From: Bdellovibrionales bacterium
GTDB lineage: Bacteria; Bdellovibrionota; Bdellovibrionia; Bdellovibrionales; JAUICD01
NCBI GenBank assembly: GCA_965262715.1
Contig: OZ253553.1
Location: forward strand, 352,001-416,000
DNA length: 64,000 bases
Direction: 5' to 3'
The notes beneath the pieces were generated by a model, which was given only the letters and a program-made list of their open reading frames with translations, was not told the DNA's origin and did no database searches. Shown here one piece after another: positions 30,517 through 40,920 of this stretch. Each line of letters starts with the position of its first letter. Within the stretch, counting starts at the first letter, position 1. A program made the translations under genes and the position numbers.

Positions 30517-33500
30517 GTGACTATTTTATCTTCATCCTTTCGCTCTTTAGGATGGATTTTTTTCTTTTTTCTTTTTTTAAGTATGTTCCTAAATGTAACA
30601 GTTTTTGCTAAGCTATCTCATTTGCAATGGCAAAAATTAACAACCCCACATTTTGAAATTTTATTTGATAAAGAGCAAAAAGGCATTGCTTTAGAATATG
30701 CTATAGAAGCTGAAGTTGTTCATGAAATACTATCTTCTTATTTTTCAGAATTCCCTCTGTCTAAAACCCTTCTCCATATTGACAGTGAGACAGATGTAGA
30801 AAATGCATGGGCAACAATGGTTCCAGATTACTTTATGTCAGTAACCCCTAGGTGGCCTTCATCTTTGACTTTTCATTATGACTCTTGGAAATATTCTATA
30901 TTGATGCATGAATATACCCATGTTTTGCAAATGAGTCCTAAAGGCTCCTGGCTTTGGAGATCTCTTAGGTTATTGCTTGGTAATATGTCTTATCCAAATA
31001 TCTATTTGCCAGGTTGGTATCATGAAGGCATGGCTGTTGAAATTGAATCTTACTTTTCTAAGCTTGGCAGACTCAACTCTCCGTTTTTTTATGGTAATAT
31101 CCGCGCCATGGTTGATGAAGGGGCTTGGGGTAAAGAAAATATTTCAAGTATCAATGAAAAATCTATACCAACTTGGCCTTTTGGGAATCGTCGCTATTTT
31201 TATGGTTCTATCCTTATGAATGAGATTGCCAATGAAGAAATAGGCAGTATAGATAAATTAAATATAGAACAAGCTTCTCATGGTTCTCGCTTAGCTCTTA
31301 ATAAAGCTCCTAAGAGGCTTTTTGGAAAAACCTATGAAACAATGCTTCAGACAGCTTATGACCGCTGGCAACTCCAATCAGAAAAAGATTTAAAGATCTT
31401 AGAAAACTCTCCCATCAAAGAAAGTCAAACCCTCCCCCTTTTCAACACTTCAGAAAACATCATAGAACGTCATAGCCCTCAGATAAGCCCTGATGGTTAT
31501 CGCCTGATTTTTATTCAGGTATCTCTAGAACAAGGACCTCAAATTATCTTACTGACTAGACAAAATCTTAATGAGTCCTTTTTACCTTCTAAAGGGAAAA
31601 TTGTTGCTTTTGGAGAGAGGATACAATCACTTAATTGGGTAAATGATGAGGAATTTGTTTTTGATAGACTAAAAAATACAAAAAGAGGTAGTGTAAATCG
31701 CAGTTATAATGACTTATATAGAGGGCATATTTCGGGACGTAGGCCTCAAAGGATAACAACTGCAGAAAGGCTGCAATTTCCATCACTTAGTTGGGATCAA
31801 ACACATATTTTAGCTATACAAAGCAGAGGTGATCAAAACTTTTTAGTTCAGGTTCACCCTAAAACAAAAAACATTACTGTTCTATACACACCGGCTGATC
31901 CATCTCGCCTTTCCTATCCTTTAGCTTTTACAGAAGATGAAATTGCTTTTATAAAACAAGATGCTTATGGTAAGAGGAGGTTAACTCTTTGGAATAAGAA
32001 AACTAAACAGATCAAATCTTTGCAACTAGACCAAGAAGACATCTTAGTTCTCTCTAAGGTTAAAGGAGGGTTGCTTTATAACTCAGCAGCATCAGGTGTC
32101 CCAAATCTTTATTTCTGGGATGAGAGAAATCAAAACTCTTATCCTATCACACATTCCAAAACAGCTATTCGAAGTGGCACTTTTGACCATTTTCATCAAG
32201 AATTATGGATTTCACAGTTTCATGCTGATGGATACCGTATAGAGGTTCAAAAAAGCTCTCTAGAGTCTACAAATCTCCCTTATATAAATCTCCCTCATTC
32301 ATCTAAGAAAAAGCCTCTTAAATCTGTCTCAGAAGCTTTAGAGCCTTCTTTATGTTCTTCTTACGATCTGTTCGCATTTGACAGTGAACCCTTGATGTGT
32401 TTGCCCATATCTGAAGAATCTTTACTATCGGCTAGTACAAAAAGTCGTGATATAGAATATGTGGAGCAATTACGTAAGAAATGGCAAGCGCATTTTCAAA
32501 ACTCACCTCCTGCTATAACAAAATATAGAGGAATATCTTATTTAACTCCTTATTTTTTGTTTCCATATTATTATTATTGGACTAGAGGTTCTGTTTTTGG
32601 TTTTCTTACGAGAGGCACTGACGTTCTAGAGCACCACAAATATTCACTGCACTTAAACTATAAGTATCGCTTAAAAGCTCTTAACGGTAGTTTTCGTTAT
32701 GATCATTATAAATTGTGGAGTTTTGAGATTGAAGATGACGCAAGGTATATAGAGCCTTTTAGAGGTACTGATAAGGAAAATAAAGACTTCCAACGAGACA
32801 CTAGTGTTTCTCTTCAAAAAGGATTTTTTCTTAATGATTATTGGACAACCTTTTTAGGATGGAGACTTTCTAGGACTTTTTATTCCACAGATCCAAAGGC
32901 TTCATATCAATATGGACCTGAATTAACCCTTGAATATTCAGGCCATCAATCTGACTCTCTTTTTGCAACATCAGAAGACTTTTACATCAGGAGATTTTTT
33001 GATATAAATCAACCTTCATCTAGTCAAACTTCTCTGGGCATTCATTTAATATGGTCCTTTGCAAGTCCTTTTAAATTTTTAACTCGAAATAAACAACCTA
33101 GATTTCAAAACTCTTCTTTTAAATACCATGAGCTGTCTTTAAAAACAGACCATATATTTAGTTCATACTCTTTTCAGATATCTAATCCTTCTTTATTTAC
33201 ATTTGGGGAACAGCCTCCGCCTTATATAAGAGGCTATCCTGAAAGCGCATTTGGTGGTCGGCAGGTTCACTCATTGAACTTAGAGTACACCTTCCCACTT
33301 TTTGAGATACAAAAGGGACTGGGTAAAGGCCTTTTATTTTTTAAAAGAGTGGATATAACGCTGCTCTCTGATCATTTGATTTTAAAGGGAAATTATTTTG
33401 ACACCCAAAATAACCTGCAACCCACTAATATGGATCGTTTATTTAGTTCTATTGGTATAGAGACCAAACTCAATATGGCATTAGGTTACTCTAATGTACA

Positions 33501-33597
33501 CTTCGTTCTTGGAGGCGGGTTGTATTATGGGCTTGACCGCAATGTGTCAGAAGGCCTGCAATTTGCTTTCAGTATAGGTTCTCAATTTGATTTTTAA
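30517..33597 (+). CDS. Outer-membrane protein: HExxH peptidase-like domain + TolB-like propeller + BamA/TamA-like barrel
   Basis: HEYTH..P.WYHEGMAV, PQISPDG, IRGYP, LEYTFPL, C-terminal Phe. Confidence 0.65.
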   Translation: MTILSSSFRSLGWIFFFFLFLSMFLNVTVFAKLSHLQWQKLTTPHFEILFDKEQKGIALEYAIEAEVVHEILSSYFSEFPLSKTLLHIDSETDVENAWATMVPDYFMSVTPRWPSSLTFHYDSWKYSILMHEYTHVLQMSPKGSWLWRSLRLLLGNMSYPNIYLPGWYHEGMAVEIESYFSKLGRLNSPFFYGNIRAMVDEGAWGKENISSINEKSIPTWPFGNRRYFYGSILMNEIANEEIGSIDKLNIEQASHGSRLALNKAPKRLFGKTYETMLQTAYDRWQLQSEKDLKILENSPIKESQTLPLFNTSENIIERHSPQISPDGYRLIFIQVSLEQGPQIILLTRQNLNESFLPSKGKIVAFGERIQSLNWVNDEEFVFDRLKNTKRGSVNRSYNDLYRGHISGRRPQRITTAERLQFPSLSWDQTHILAIQSRGDQNFLVQVHPKTKNITVLYTPADPSRLSYPLAFTEDEIAFIKQDAYGKRRLTLWNKKTKQIKSLQLDQEDILVLSKVKGGLLYNSAASGVPNLYFWDERNQNSYPITHSKTAIRSGTFDHFHQELWISQFHADGYRIEVQKSSLESTNLPYINLPHSSKKKPLKSVSEALEPSLCSSYDLFAFDSEPLMCLPISEESLLSASTKSRDIEYVEQLRKKWQAHFQNSPPAITKYRGISYLTPYFLFPYYYYWTRGSVFGFLTRGTDVLEHHKYSLHLNYKYRLKALNGSFRYDHYKLWSFEIEDDARYIEPFRGTDKENKDFQRDTSVSLQKGFFLNDYWTTFLGWRLSRTFYSTDPKASYQYGPELTLEYSGHQSDSLFATSEDFYIRRFFDINQPSSSQTSLGIHLIWSFASPFKFLTRNKQPRFQNSSFKYHELSLKTDHIFSSYSFQISNPSLFTFGEQPPPYIRGYPESAFGGRQVHSLNLEYTFPLFEIQKGLGKGLLFFKRVDITLLSDHLILKGNYFDTQNNLQPTNMDRLFSSIGIETKLNMALGYSNVHFVLGGGLYYGLDRNVSEGLQFAFSIGSQFDF

Positions 33598-33778
33598 AAA
33601 AATATTGGGACAATTTTTGTCAGCTATTTATTAAAAACAACACTTTTTGTCGTTCCTTATAAGCGGTAAATCCCCTTAAGAGCCTTTAATCACAGTCATT
33701 ATAAAGTTGGCATTATTTGTGAAGTATCAAGTATTATAACGAATTTTTAAATTAGAAAATGAGAAAGGAAATCAAAAA

Positions 33779-34339
33779 ATGAAAAAGTTATCTTTAACAG
33801 TAATAGCAGCTATATCTTGTATCACTTTATTTGTGGGTTGTGGTCAAAATAGAAATCAAAATAGAAACCCCTACGGACCTCAAGTTGGAGGAAATTGCTC
33901 TCCTTATGGTAATAGCGGTTATGATAGATATGGATATGGAAGTGATAGATATGGTAGTGCTGGTTATGGGCATGATAGATATGGTAGTGCTGGTTATGGA
34001 CATGATCCTCGTAGCAGTTACTATGATCCAACTTGTACTGGCGGAGTACAGCCCTATCCTACTGGTCGTGGTGATTGTGGTATGTATGGCCAAGGCTATC
34101 GCCGTGCACAACACTACACACATAGTGGAAGTTATTGTACTGATGCTTATACTCCTTATGCTCAAGGTGGTGCTAGTTTTTGTGTTGGCACTAGAGGTTT
34201 TTGTCCATACTTTAGAGGAATTGAAGAGTCAGGTGAAGCTGTCCTTTTATGTAACTTAAATGAAGTGCCTGGTGCAGCTTGTCCTCAAGGACTGAGTTGT
34301 CAAGAAATAGGCAAAGGTGATACTGGTATCTGTTCATAA
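33779..34339 (+). CDS. Gly/Tyr/Cys-rich lipoprotein, hypothetical
   Basis: FVGC lipobox, RBS aaagga, 30-nt repeat gatagatatggtagtgctggttatgg, followed by a terminator. Confidence 0.7.
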   Translation: MKKLSLTVIAAISCITLFVGCGQNRNQNRNPYGPQVGGNCSPYGNSGYDRYGYGSDRYGSAGYGHDRYGSAGYGHDPRSSYYDPTCTGGVQPYPTGRGDCGMYGQGYRRAQHYTHSGSYCTDAYTPYAQGGASFCVGTRGFCPYFRGIEESGEAVLLCNLNEVPGAACPQGLSCQEIGKGDTGICS

Positions 34340-34370
34340 TTTATAAGAACATATCACATCAAAAATAATC

Positions 34371-34399
34371 TTTAGAGCAGGTCAGTGATCTGCTCTAAA
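34371..34399 (+). terminator. Hairpin (likely terminator)
   Basis: tttagagcaggtca-g-tgatctgctctaaa. Confidence 0.6.
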
Positions 34400-34411
34400 A
34401 CGTACGGAGGG

Positions 34412-35699
34412 CTGTATCCCTAAAAATAGTCTCGCCTCTATATCACTAAAAATGCCTCTCGCCTCTGGCGACTTTCTGGCATTGCCCCCAAACTGGCTCA
34501 CGCCGTTTGGCAAATAGGGCAATACCTAGAAAGCCTGAGGCATTTTTACTAGAAGGATATCCTCGTTTTTTAACACGATGTTAGGGAAACCGTTGTTATT
34601 TATCAGTTAGTCTAAAGACCCCAAGTCTTCAAGAAAATGCTGACTGCCTAGAAAACCTGTTCATTTTTAGTAGGAAGAATCTTCTCATTTCTTTACACCA
34701 TGTTAAGGAAAATCTTCATTTATTTATGAGTTCTAAAGCAATCTGCACAGCATTAAGTGCAGCCCCTTCCTGGCATTGCCCCCAAACTGGCTCACGCCGT
34801 TTGGCAAATAGGGCAATACCTAGAAAGCCTGAGGCATTTTTACTAGAAGGATATCCTCGTTTTTTAACACGATGTTAGGGAAACCGTTGTTATTTATCAG
34901 TTAGTCTGAAGACCCCAAGTCTTCAAGAAAATGCTGACTGCCTAGAAAACCTGTTCATTTTTAGTAGGAAGAATCTTCTCATTTCTTTACACCATGTTAA
35001 GGAAAATCTTCATTTATTTATGAGTTCTAAAGCAATCTGCACAGCATTAAGTGCAGCCCCTTCCTGGCATTGCCCCCAAACTGGCTCACGCCGTTTGGCA
35101 AATAGGGCAATACCTAGAAAGCCTGAGGCATTTTTACTAGAAGGATATCCTCGTTTTTTAACACGATGTTAGGGAAACCGTTGTTATTTATCAGTTAGTC
35201 TGAAGACCCCAAGTCTTCAAGAAAATGCTGACTGCCTAGAAAACCTGACTATTTTTAGGAGGGAGACTCTCCTCATTTTTTTACACCATGTTAAGGGAAC
35301 TGTATCCCTCAAAATAAGCCCTATGGCTTACTTTCAGGAGTTGTCATCCTCTTTATTTTGAAATAACTCTTTGCAGGTTATTTCAAAATAATAATGATTA
35401 CTGAAAGTAAGTAAAGCTTATTTTGAGGAAAAAGACAGTACATTACCTATCTGTCTTTCCCTCTGGAGATTTTTATATGAAAACAGCATTATTTAAGTAA
35501 GGAGACTTTCCTCGCTCTTTAACAAAAGGAATTGTTTCTATTCTCTGGCAGTCTGGGAATCGGTTCCCGGCAACAGCTTGCCGGATTAACGGGTTGCCTG
35601 TTTCCCGGAAAAAAAAGAAAGTGCTAACTACCTCAAAAATCTGTTCATTTTTAGTAAGCAGATTCCCTTCGTCTCTTTACATCATGTTAAGGAAAATCT
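34412..35699 (+). repeat. Family A tandem array, 294-bp period, containing displaced asd 3'-end copies
   Basis: ctggcattgcccccaaac at 34476, 34770, 35064; asd-like 51 nt at 34716 and 35010. Confidence 0.92.
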
Positions 35700-36716
35700 T
35701 CATTTATTTATGATTTTCAAAGCAATCTGTACAGCATTGAGGGCGGCTCCTTTTCTTACATTGTCTGCTACGACCCATAGTAGCCATGTTCTATCATCGT
35801 CTGGGTCTTGGTGGATACGGCCTACAAAAACATCATCTTTATCTGAAGCCTGCCTTGCTAAAGGATATTGATTTTGCTCAACATCATCTATCACGTGAAC
35901 ACCTGATGCCGTGTTTAAACAAGAAAGAATATCAGATTTTGTGATCTTTTGTTTAAGACGAACCCAAATCACTTCACTGTGAGCATTAAAAGTAGGAGTC
36001 CTTACACAAAAAGCAGTGATCTTCATAGAAGGGTCATCAAAAATTTTACGCATCTCCTCTCTCATTTTTACCTCCTCTGTGCTAAACCCTTTAGAGCCAA
36101 AGGATCCAATATGAGGTAAGTTATTAAAAGCAATGTCATGTGGGTACACCTGACTTTCAGTAGCTCTGCCTTCAAAATGAGCTAATGTATTATTTTTTAA
36201 TTCTGAAATAGCTGCCTTTCCAGACCCACTTACAGATTGATAAGTGGCAACATTTATTTTCTCAATTCCAAAGTTTTTGTAAAGAGGATAAAGAGCCACA
36301 GCCATCTGTATAGTCGAACAATTAGGATTAGTAATAAGTAGTTGCTTTTTAGATGCTTGCAGCAGATGACCGTTGACTTCAGGTACAACTAAAGGCACCC
36401 CAGGATCCATGCGAAAAGTTGCAGCATTGTCTATGACAATAGCGCCTGCCTTCAAAGCTATTGGAACCCACTTAGCACTGATGTGATCTTCTGTTACAAA
36501 AAAAATAAGCCCTAAATCTTGCAACTTTTCTTCCCTCAAAACATCAAGCAGAATTTCCTTTTTATCAAATAAAACGCTTTGTCCTTTAGAAGATGAGCTT
36601 GCAAATAAGCGCAGTTTAGAAATAGGAAACTTATATTGCTCTAATATTTGAAGCAAGGCAGAACCTACTAGCCCCGTCGCTCCTACGATACCAACATGTG
36701 AAAGTTCTTGACCCAT
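35700..36716 (-). CDS. asd: Aspartate-semialdehyde dehydrogenase
   Basis: GATGLVG, VPLVVPEVN, NPNCSTIQ, TYQSVSGSG, DNVRKGAALNAVQIA. Confidence 0.97.
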   Translation of the reverse strand: MGQELSHVGIVGATGLVGSALLQILEQYKFPISKLRLFASSSSKGQSVLFDKKEILLDVLREEKLQDLGLIFFVTEDHISAKWVPIALKAGAIVIDNAATFRMDPGVPLVVPEVNGHLLQASKKQLLITNPNCSTIQMAVALYPLYKNFGIEKINVATYQSVSGSGKAAISELKNNTLAHFEGRATESQVYPHDIAFNNLPHIGSFGSKGFSTEEVKMREEMRKIFDDPSMKITAFCVRTPTFNAHSEVIWVRLKQKITKSDILSCLNTASGVHVIDDVEQNQYPLARQASDKDDVFVGRIHQDPDDDRTWLLWVVADNVRKGAALNAVQIALKIINK

Positions 36717-36974
36717 AAAATCCCATAATCCTCTTGAGAAGTTGAAAAATAAAGACTTAACTTACAAATTAAATAAAAGCAACTTATAAGCTTTAGAGAG
36801 ACAATATATCATCTTTTCAATAAGGTCTTCTCATTTTGACTTAATAACTAATTAATGGTTAAGGGCTTTTGAAATTGAGCCTAAGTAAAGAAAACAGTGC
36901 CCCTCTACACTAAATCATTTAAACCTTTGGTGTCTCTTCAAATAATATACAATATGCATAGGTCTTTGTGGGTT

Positions 36975-37567
36975 TTAATCTTCCATCACAGAAGCATTTG
37001 GAACAGAAAGGTCTGGAATGTCGGTCCATGGAGCAAAAAGTTCTCTATCTCTTGCTTTGAACATAATTGCTAGGGCTCTGCCGTCACGCTTTGGACCTTT
37101 ATACATAATCTCTGTTAATGGTGTGGATGATCCAGATGGTAAGGTAGGGTCTGCCCCTGCTTCCAATAAAGTGATAATAACCCTTAATTCAAAATCAGAA
37201 CCTAAATAGCCTATAACAGCTGTCATAAGTGGCGTATTACCAAACCCGTCTGGTTTATTAGGGTCTGCCCCTGCTTCTAATAAATCTTCAATAATCTTGA
37301 ACCACTCATCAGTTCTTGTAATACCAAGATAAAGCGCCGTTGCATGCCTGGTTGCCACTACAAGTGATATGCGACTTTTATTGGGATTAAACCTGTCTCT
37401 TCTAGTCTGGAAGTGATGTAGTCCATTTGTCTGTCTGCTCTTTCCAGTTTTCGTCGCTCCTCATCTGTTAAGGATATGTCTATTGCATTTTGTGCCATAG
37501 AAGTTGTACTGGTCATTGTCATTAAAGTAGAGAGTAATCCTATTGATAGAATCTTAAAGTTTAACAT
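36975..37567 (-). pseudogene. Secreted ankyrin-repeat protein split by a frameshift near 37390
   Basis: Signal-peptide ORF 37358-37567 and ankyrin ORF 36975-37358 join if one T is added in ggtttaat (giving GFNPNKS...). Confidence 0.65.
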
Positions 37568-37950
37568 TTATTGTCTCCTTATTTTCAAAGAGTTATACAT
37601 AATTGCTTTTCATAATTTAATTTTGTTTCTTATATATTTAGATGTTCAGATCAAAACTTAAGACACTAAATAATACAAGCATACTACCTTATATACTACA
37701 AAAAGATCAAGGTCAACCAAATTATCTATTAGTGAAATAATTACATATATTTGAAATTATTACATACTTAATATTGATAACTTACAAACTCTCACTATCA
37801 TGCCGATAGTTTATTTAAATGCTCAGAAAGTGAATCTTTAAAAATTCTAAAAGGAAATTGTACAACATAAGAGTTTATTTAGAACTCATCTCAAAATTAT
37901 TTCCTGTGCTCACGTTTTCAAAAAACTTTCAGTTCAGTGTGTTAAGAAAG

Positions 37951-38153
37951 CGTAAGTTTAAGTCACAAGTGCGATTTTTAAAGATTATGCTGAGTTTTTT
38001 AGAGTTGTATCATTTTAAGATTAAAGTTTCAATAGGAAGGCTTAATTGTCATATAAGCTTATTATAAAGGCAATATTTAAAAAAACTTAGAGTATTCTTC
38101 TAATCCTCTTTAAATAATTATTTAAAGAGTTGCATTTCCTACTTGAGTTCACT
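37951..38153 (-). mobile_element. IS30-derived MITE-like remnant (both ends, no transposase)
   Basis: cgtaagtttaagtcacaagtgc...agttgtatcattttaagattaa matches the IRR region; ttagagtattcttctaa...gagttgca...ttgagttcact matches the IRL region. Confidence 0.7.
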
Positions 38154-38290
38154 CATAATTAAAAGCAACCAATGTAAGCTTGTAGTGAAACCAGCTTTCA
38201 CAATTGGAATATTTATGTAGCAAGAATTTGTTAAAAATAATTTAGTAGTGTATGATGTAATTATATCTGATTTATTTTTTGTAGGTAAAT

Positions 38291-38791
38291 ATGAAACTTT
38301 ACACACGCTTATTTTTATTGATATTACTGACTGTTTATTTAGCAGGTTGTACCAGTCATCACTCTCAGAGAGTGTATGATGCGGAAAAAGCTTCTTTTTT
38401 ACAAAGAGCCATTAAAGGGAAATATGAGCAGGTATTTCATGCAGCTCAATTGTCTCTTGCTAACTATCCAATAGCTGTAAGTGATATGGAAGCAGGTATT
38501 TTGAGAACAGGTATTATTAAAAATGAGCAGATGTGGCTTCCTCCTTTCTTAAATAAGCAAGCACTCTTTGGGCATCGTTATACAGTTAGTATTCAGCTTT
38601 TAAAAATTAAAGGTAAAGAAGCTGTTCAAGTTACAATTGTTAAGGATATGGAACACAAAAGAAGCTTCTTTGAAGAATACCAGAAGGTTAAAACAGATGG
38701 CCTTGAAGAGATAGCTTTATTTTACAGGATGCGAAGGGAGCTTTTACTCCAAAAGAAAATCAATGGATCACAAGAAAATCCACAATCGTAA
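38291..38791 (+). CDS. Lipoprotein, hypothetical
   Basis: LAGC lipobox; 166 aa. Confidence 0.65.
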   Translation: MKLYTRLFLLILLTVYLAGCTSHHSQRVYDAEKASFLQRAIKGKYEQVFHAAQLSLANYPIAVSDMEAGILRTGIIKNEQMWLPPFLNKQALFGHRYTVSIQLLKIKGKEAVQVTIVKDMEHKRSFFEEYQKVKTDGLEEIALFYRMRRELLLQKKINGSQENPQS

Positions 38792-38848
38792 GTACCTTAT
38801 TTTTATAATACAAAAAGGTCATGTTGCTCAAATATTTATAGGTGTTAG

Positions 38849-39367
38849 TAGAAGCCATCTCAAAAATAAATATTTGCATTTTACAACATCTCTATTCCGG
38901 GATCTGGCAGTCGGGTAATCAGGTATCAGGCATTATCATTCGCGTTCAACCGTTGTATTTGAAAGCACTTTATGCTGAATGCCAAATAATACAAGAATTG
39001 TAAAAGCCAATGATAAGAATGAGAAGAGGCTTGCCTCGAGAGGCTTGCCTTGAGAGGCTCACCTTGAGAGGCCAGTTCATCTTTAGGGAAACAGTTCCCT
39101 AACATGATGTAAAGAACAAGCAGTATCTCCATCCTAAAAATAAACGGATTTTTGAGGCAGTGAACAGTTTGTAAGGGCGTTAGCCGTCATGTTTATTGCC
39201 CAAAAACAACCAGAGGCTTGCCTCGAGAGGTTGGTTTATTTTTAGGGAAATGAAATAAATGCAAAAATTCAAATTACAGGTGCCGGATATTTTGATTCTG
39301 GGTACTGTATGCCAGAGTGCCGGTTTGCCAGATCCCGGAAAAAAAGGATGCTTAAGTAGTTATGAAC
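38849..39367. repeat. Composite family B / inverted family A repeat
   Basis: tagaagccatctcaaaaataa end, octamers, reverse-oriented A modules 39025-39250, ~130-bp tail shared with 57078-57207. Confidence 0.75.
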
Positions 39368-39439
39368 CTTAACTTTTATATACATACTCCTTAAATCAAT
39401 ATTTAAGCAACAAGTCCTAAATAGATTATATTCTATAAG

Positions 39440-40282
39440 TTATTTAAAATTACTTTTGATAAAAGAGAAGTTTTGTTTTTGTCTTAAAAGTTTATTATAA
39501 TCTCTCCAAAACCAAAAAAGTAAAGGGTCGAGATCTATAGATTCAACAACACAGATATTGTCTCTTAGGGTATTGTTTGTTGTAATTTCATAGAGTAGCC
39601 AATCTTTCTTTATTTGTTTTTCCATGCTTTCTACATCGTGAGCTTGTAAGATATTGTGCTGAGATGATGAGTGGTGTGATATATCTGGTCCAATCACAAT
39701 AATTTGAGAAATGTGATATTTTTCTATATATTCTGAAAAGTTTTTAGAATGCGAAATGCTTGATGTGAGACAATCATATTTTTTACTTTCTTCATTATGT
39801 TTGAAAAAACTAAGACTGTTATTATTGTTCTTTTTCCTTTTTTTCTTAGAATTAGTAGATCGATATGTTTTATTTTCTTTGGATAGTTCTTTGAGCATAT
39901 CTGCTATTGTCCATAGTCCTCCGGTAACTTTAGCAGCCCAGTCAGAAGAAGATGGAGCAATAAGACCTAAAGGACGCATTTGTGATTTTAAATAACGATC
40001 ATAAAGTCCAATTTGTATAATAGTTATTACTATATGCCAAAAATCTATATTAAAAGATTTTAATTTATTAGAAGATTGTTCAAAAAAATCTTCATCCATA
40101 CTTAAAAGATGAAATAAATCTTTAATTTTTTTTAATTTTTTCATCTTGTTTAAGTCTAATTGATTTAATGCGTCTAAGGTTTGTTTTAGTCTTAAAAAAA
40201 CCTCTGGAATACGTAAGGCATTTTGGCAGACTGTAAAATCATGCAGACTTTTTGTATTTTTGAAGTAAATTATGCGATACAT
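39440..40282 (-). CDS. Hypothetical protein
   Basis: 280-aa ORF with RBS aagga; no clear catalytic motif. Confidence 0.55.
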   Translation of the reverse strand: MYRIIYFKNTKSLHDFTVCQNALRIPEVFLRLKQTLDALNQLDLNKMKKLKKIKDLFHLLSMDEDFFEQSSNKLKSFNIDFWHIVITIIQIGLYDRYLKSQMRPLGLIAPSSSDWAAKVTGGLWTIADMLKELSKENKTYRSTNSKKKRKKNNNNSLSFFKHNEESKKYDCLTSSISHSKNFSEYIEKYHISQIIVIGPDISHHSSSQHNILQAHDVESMEKQIKKDWLLYEITTNNTLRDNICVVESIDLDPLLFWFWRDYNKLLRQKQNFSFIKSNFK

Positions 40283-40371
40283 TATAATATTCCTTTTAGT
40301 TTTTTAATTTGTTATGGCTTTTATATAAAGTTACGTTATTTATTAAAAATTCTTTCTATTACTATTCTATA

Positions 40372-40388
40372 GGCAAAATTTGTACCAA
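40372..40388 (-). promoter_or_regulatory. Candidate sigma-54 promoter
   Basis: Minus strand TTGGTACAAATTTTGCC (GG-N10-GC), about 90 bp upstream of 40282. Confidence 0.4.
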
Positions 40389-40920
40389 ATTAAAGTGAAA
40401 TAAAAGACGGTTTAAGGTAAATATCTATGTGTTTTTTTTATAAAAATGTAAAATATACATAGTTATTTACAGGCACAAGGTAAGGAGCATGGGGTAATTA
40501 TTGGTCTAGAAGGTCAGTCAAAAGTAGGAAAATAAGAATATATAAAGACTATTTTTTATGCTGTTGATAGAATTATATAAGTAAAAATATCTTAAATTTA
40601 AGTTATTTTTAATTATTTGACAATAAGAATATAAAGTGCTAATTCATTATGTATCTAAAGAAATAAAAGGCTTTTTTATTTGAAATTTCATTAATAACTT
40701 TTGTTGAATATAAATGATAAAATTTTATTCATTTTTTCATTTATCACGTAGACAAAGAATGAAAAGAATATTAAATGCAAAAGCTATTTTAAAATCTTTC
40801 ATGTGAAAAACACATATCCATAATATTACAATCACAACTCATTAATTTAAGAATACTTAATGTAAGAATGTATAGATACATTTAAAAGATAGATAAGATA
40901 AAGAATTTAGAGGGGCTGCA

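Noticed and set aside
33822..34259. Three overlapping ORFs over the Gly/Tyr lipoprotein
   Set aside because: Low-complexity shadows; only 33779-34339 has an RBS and lipobox
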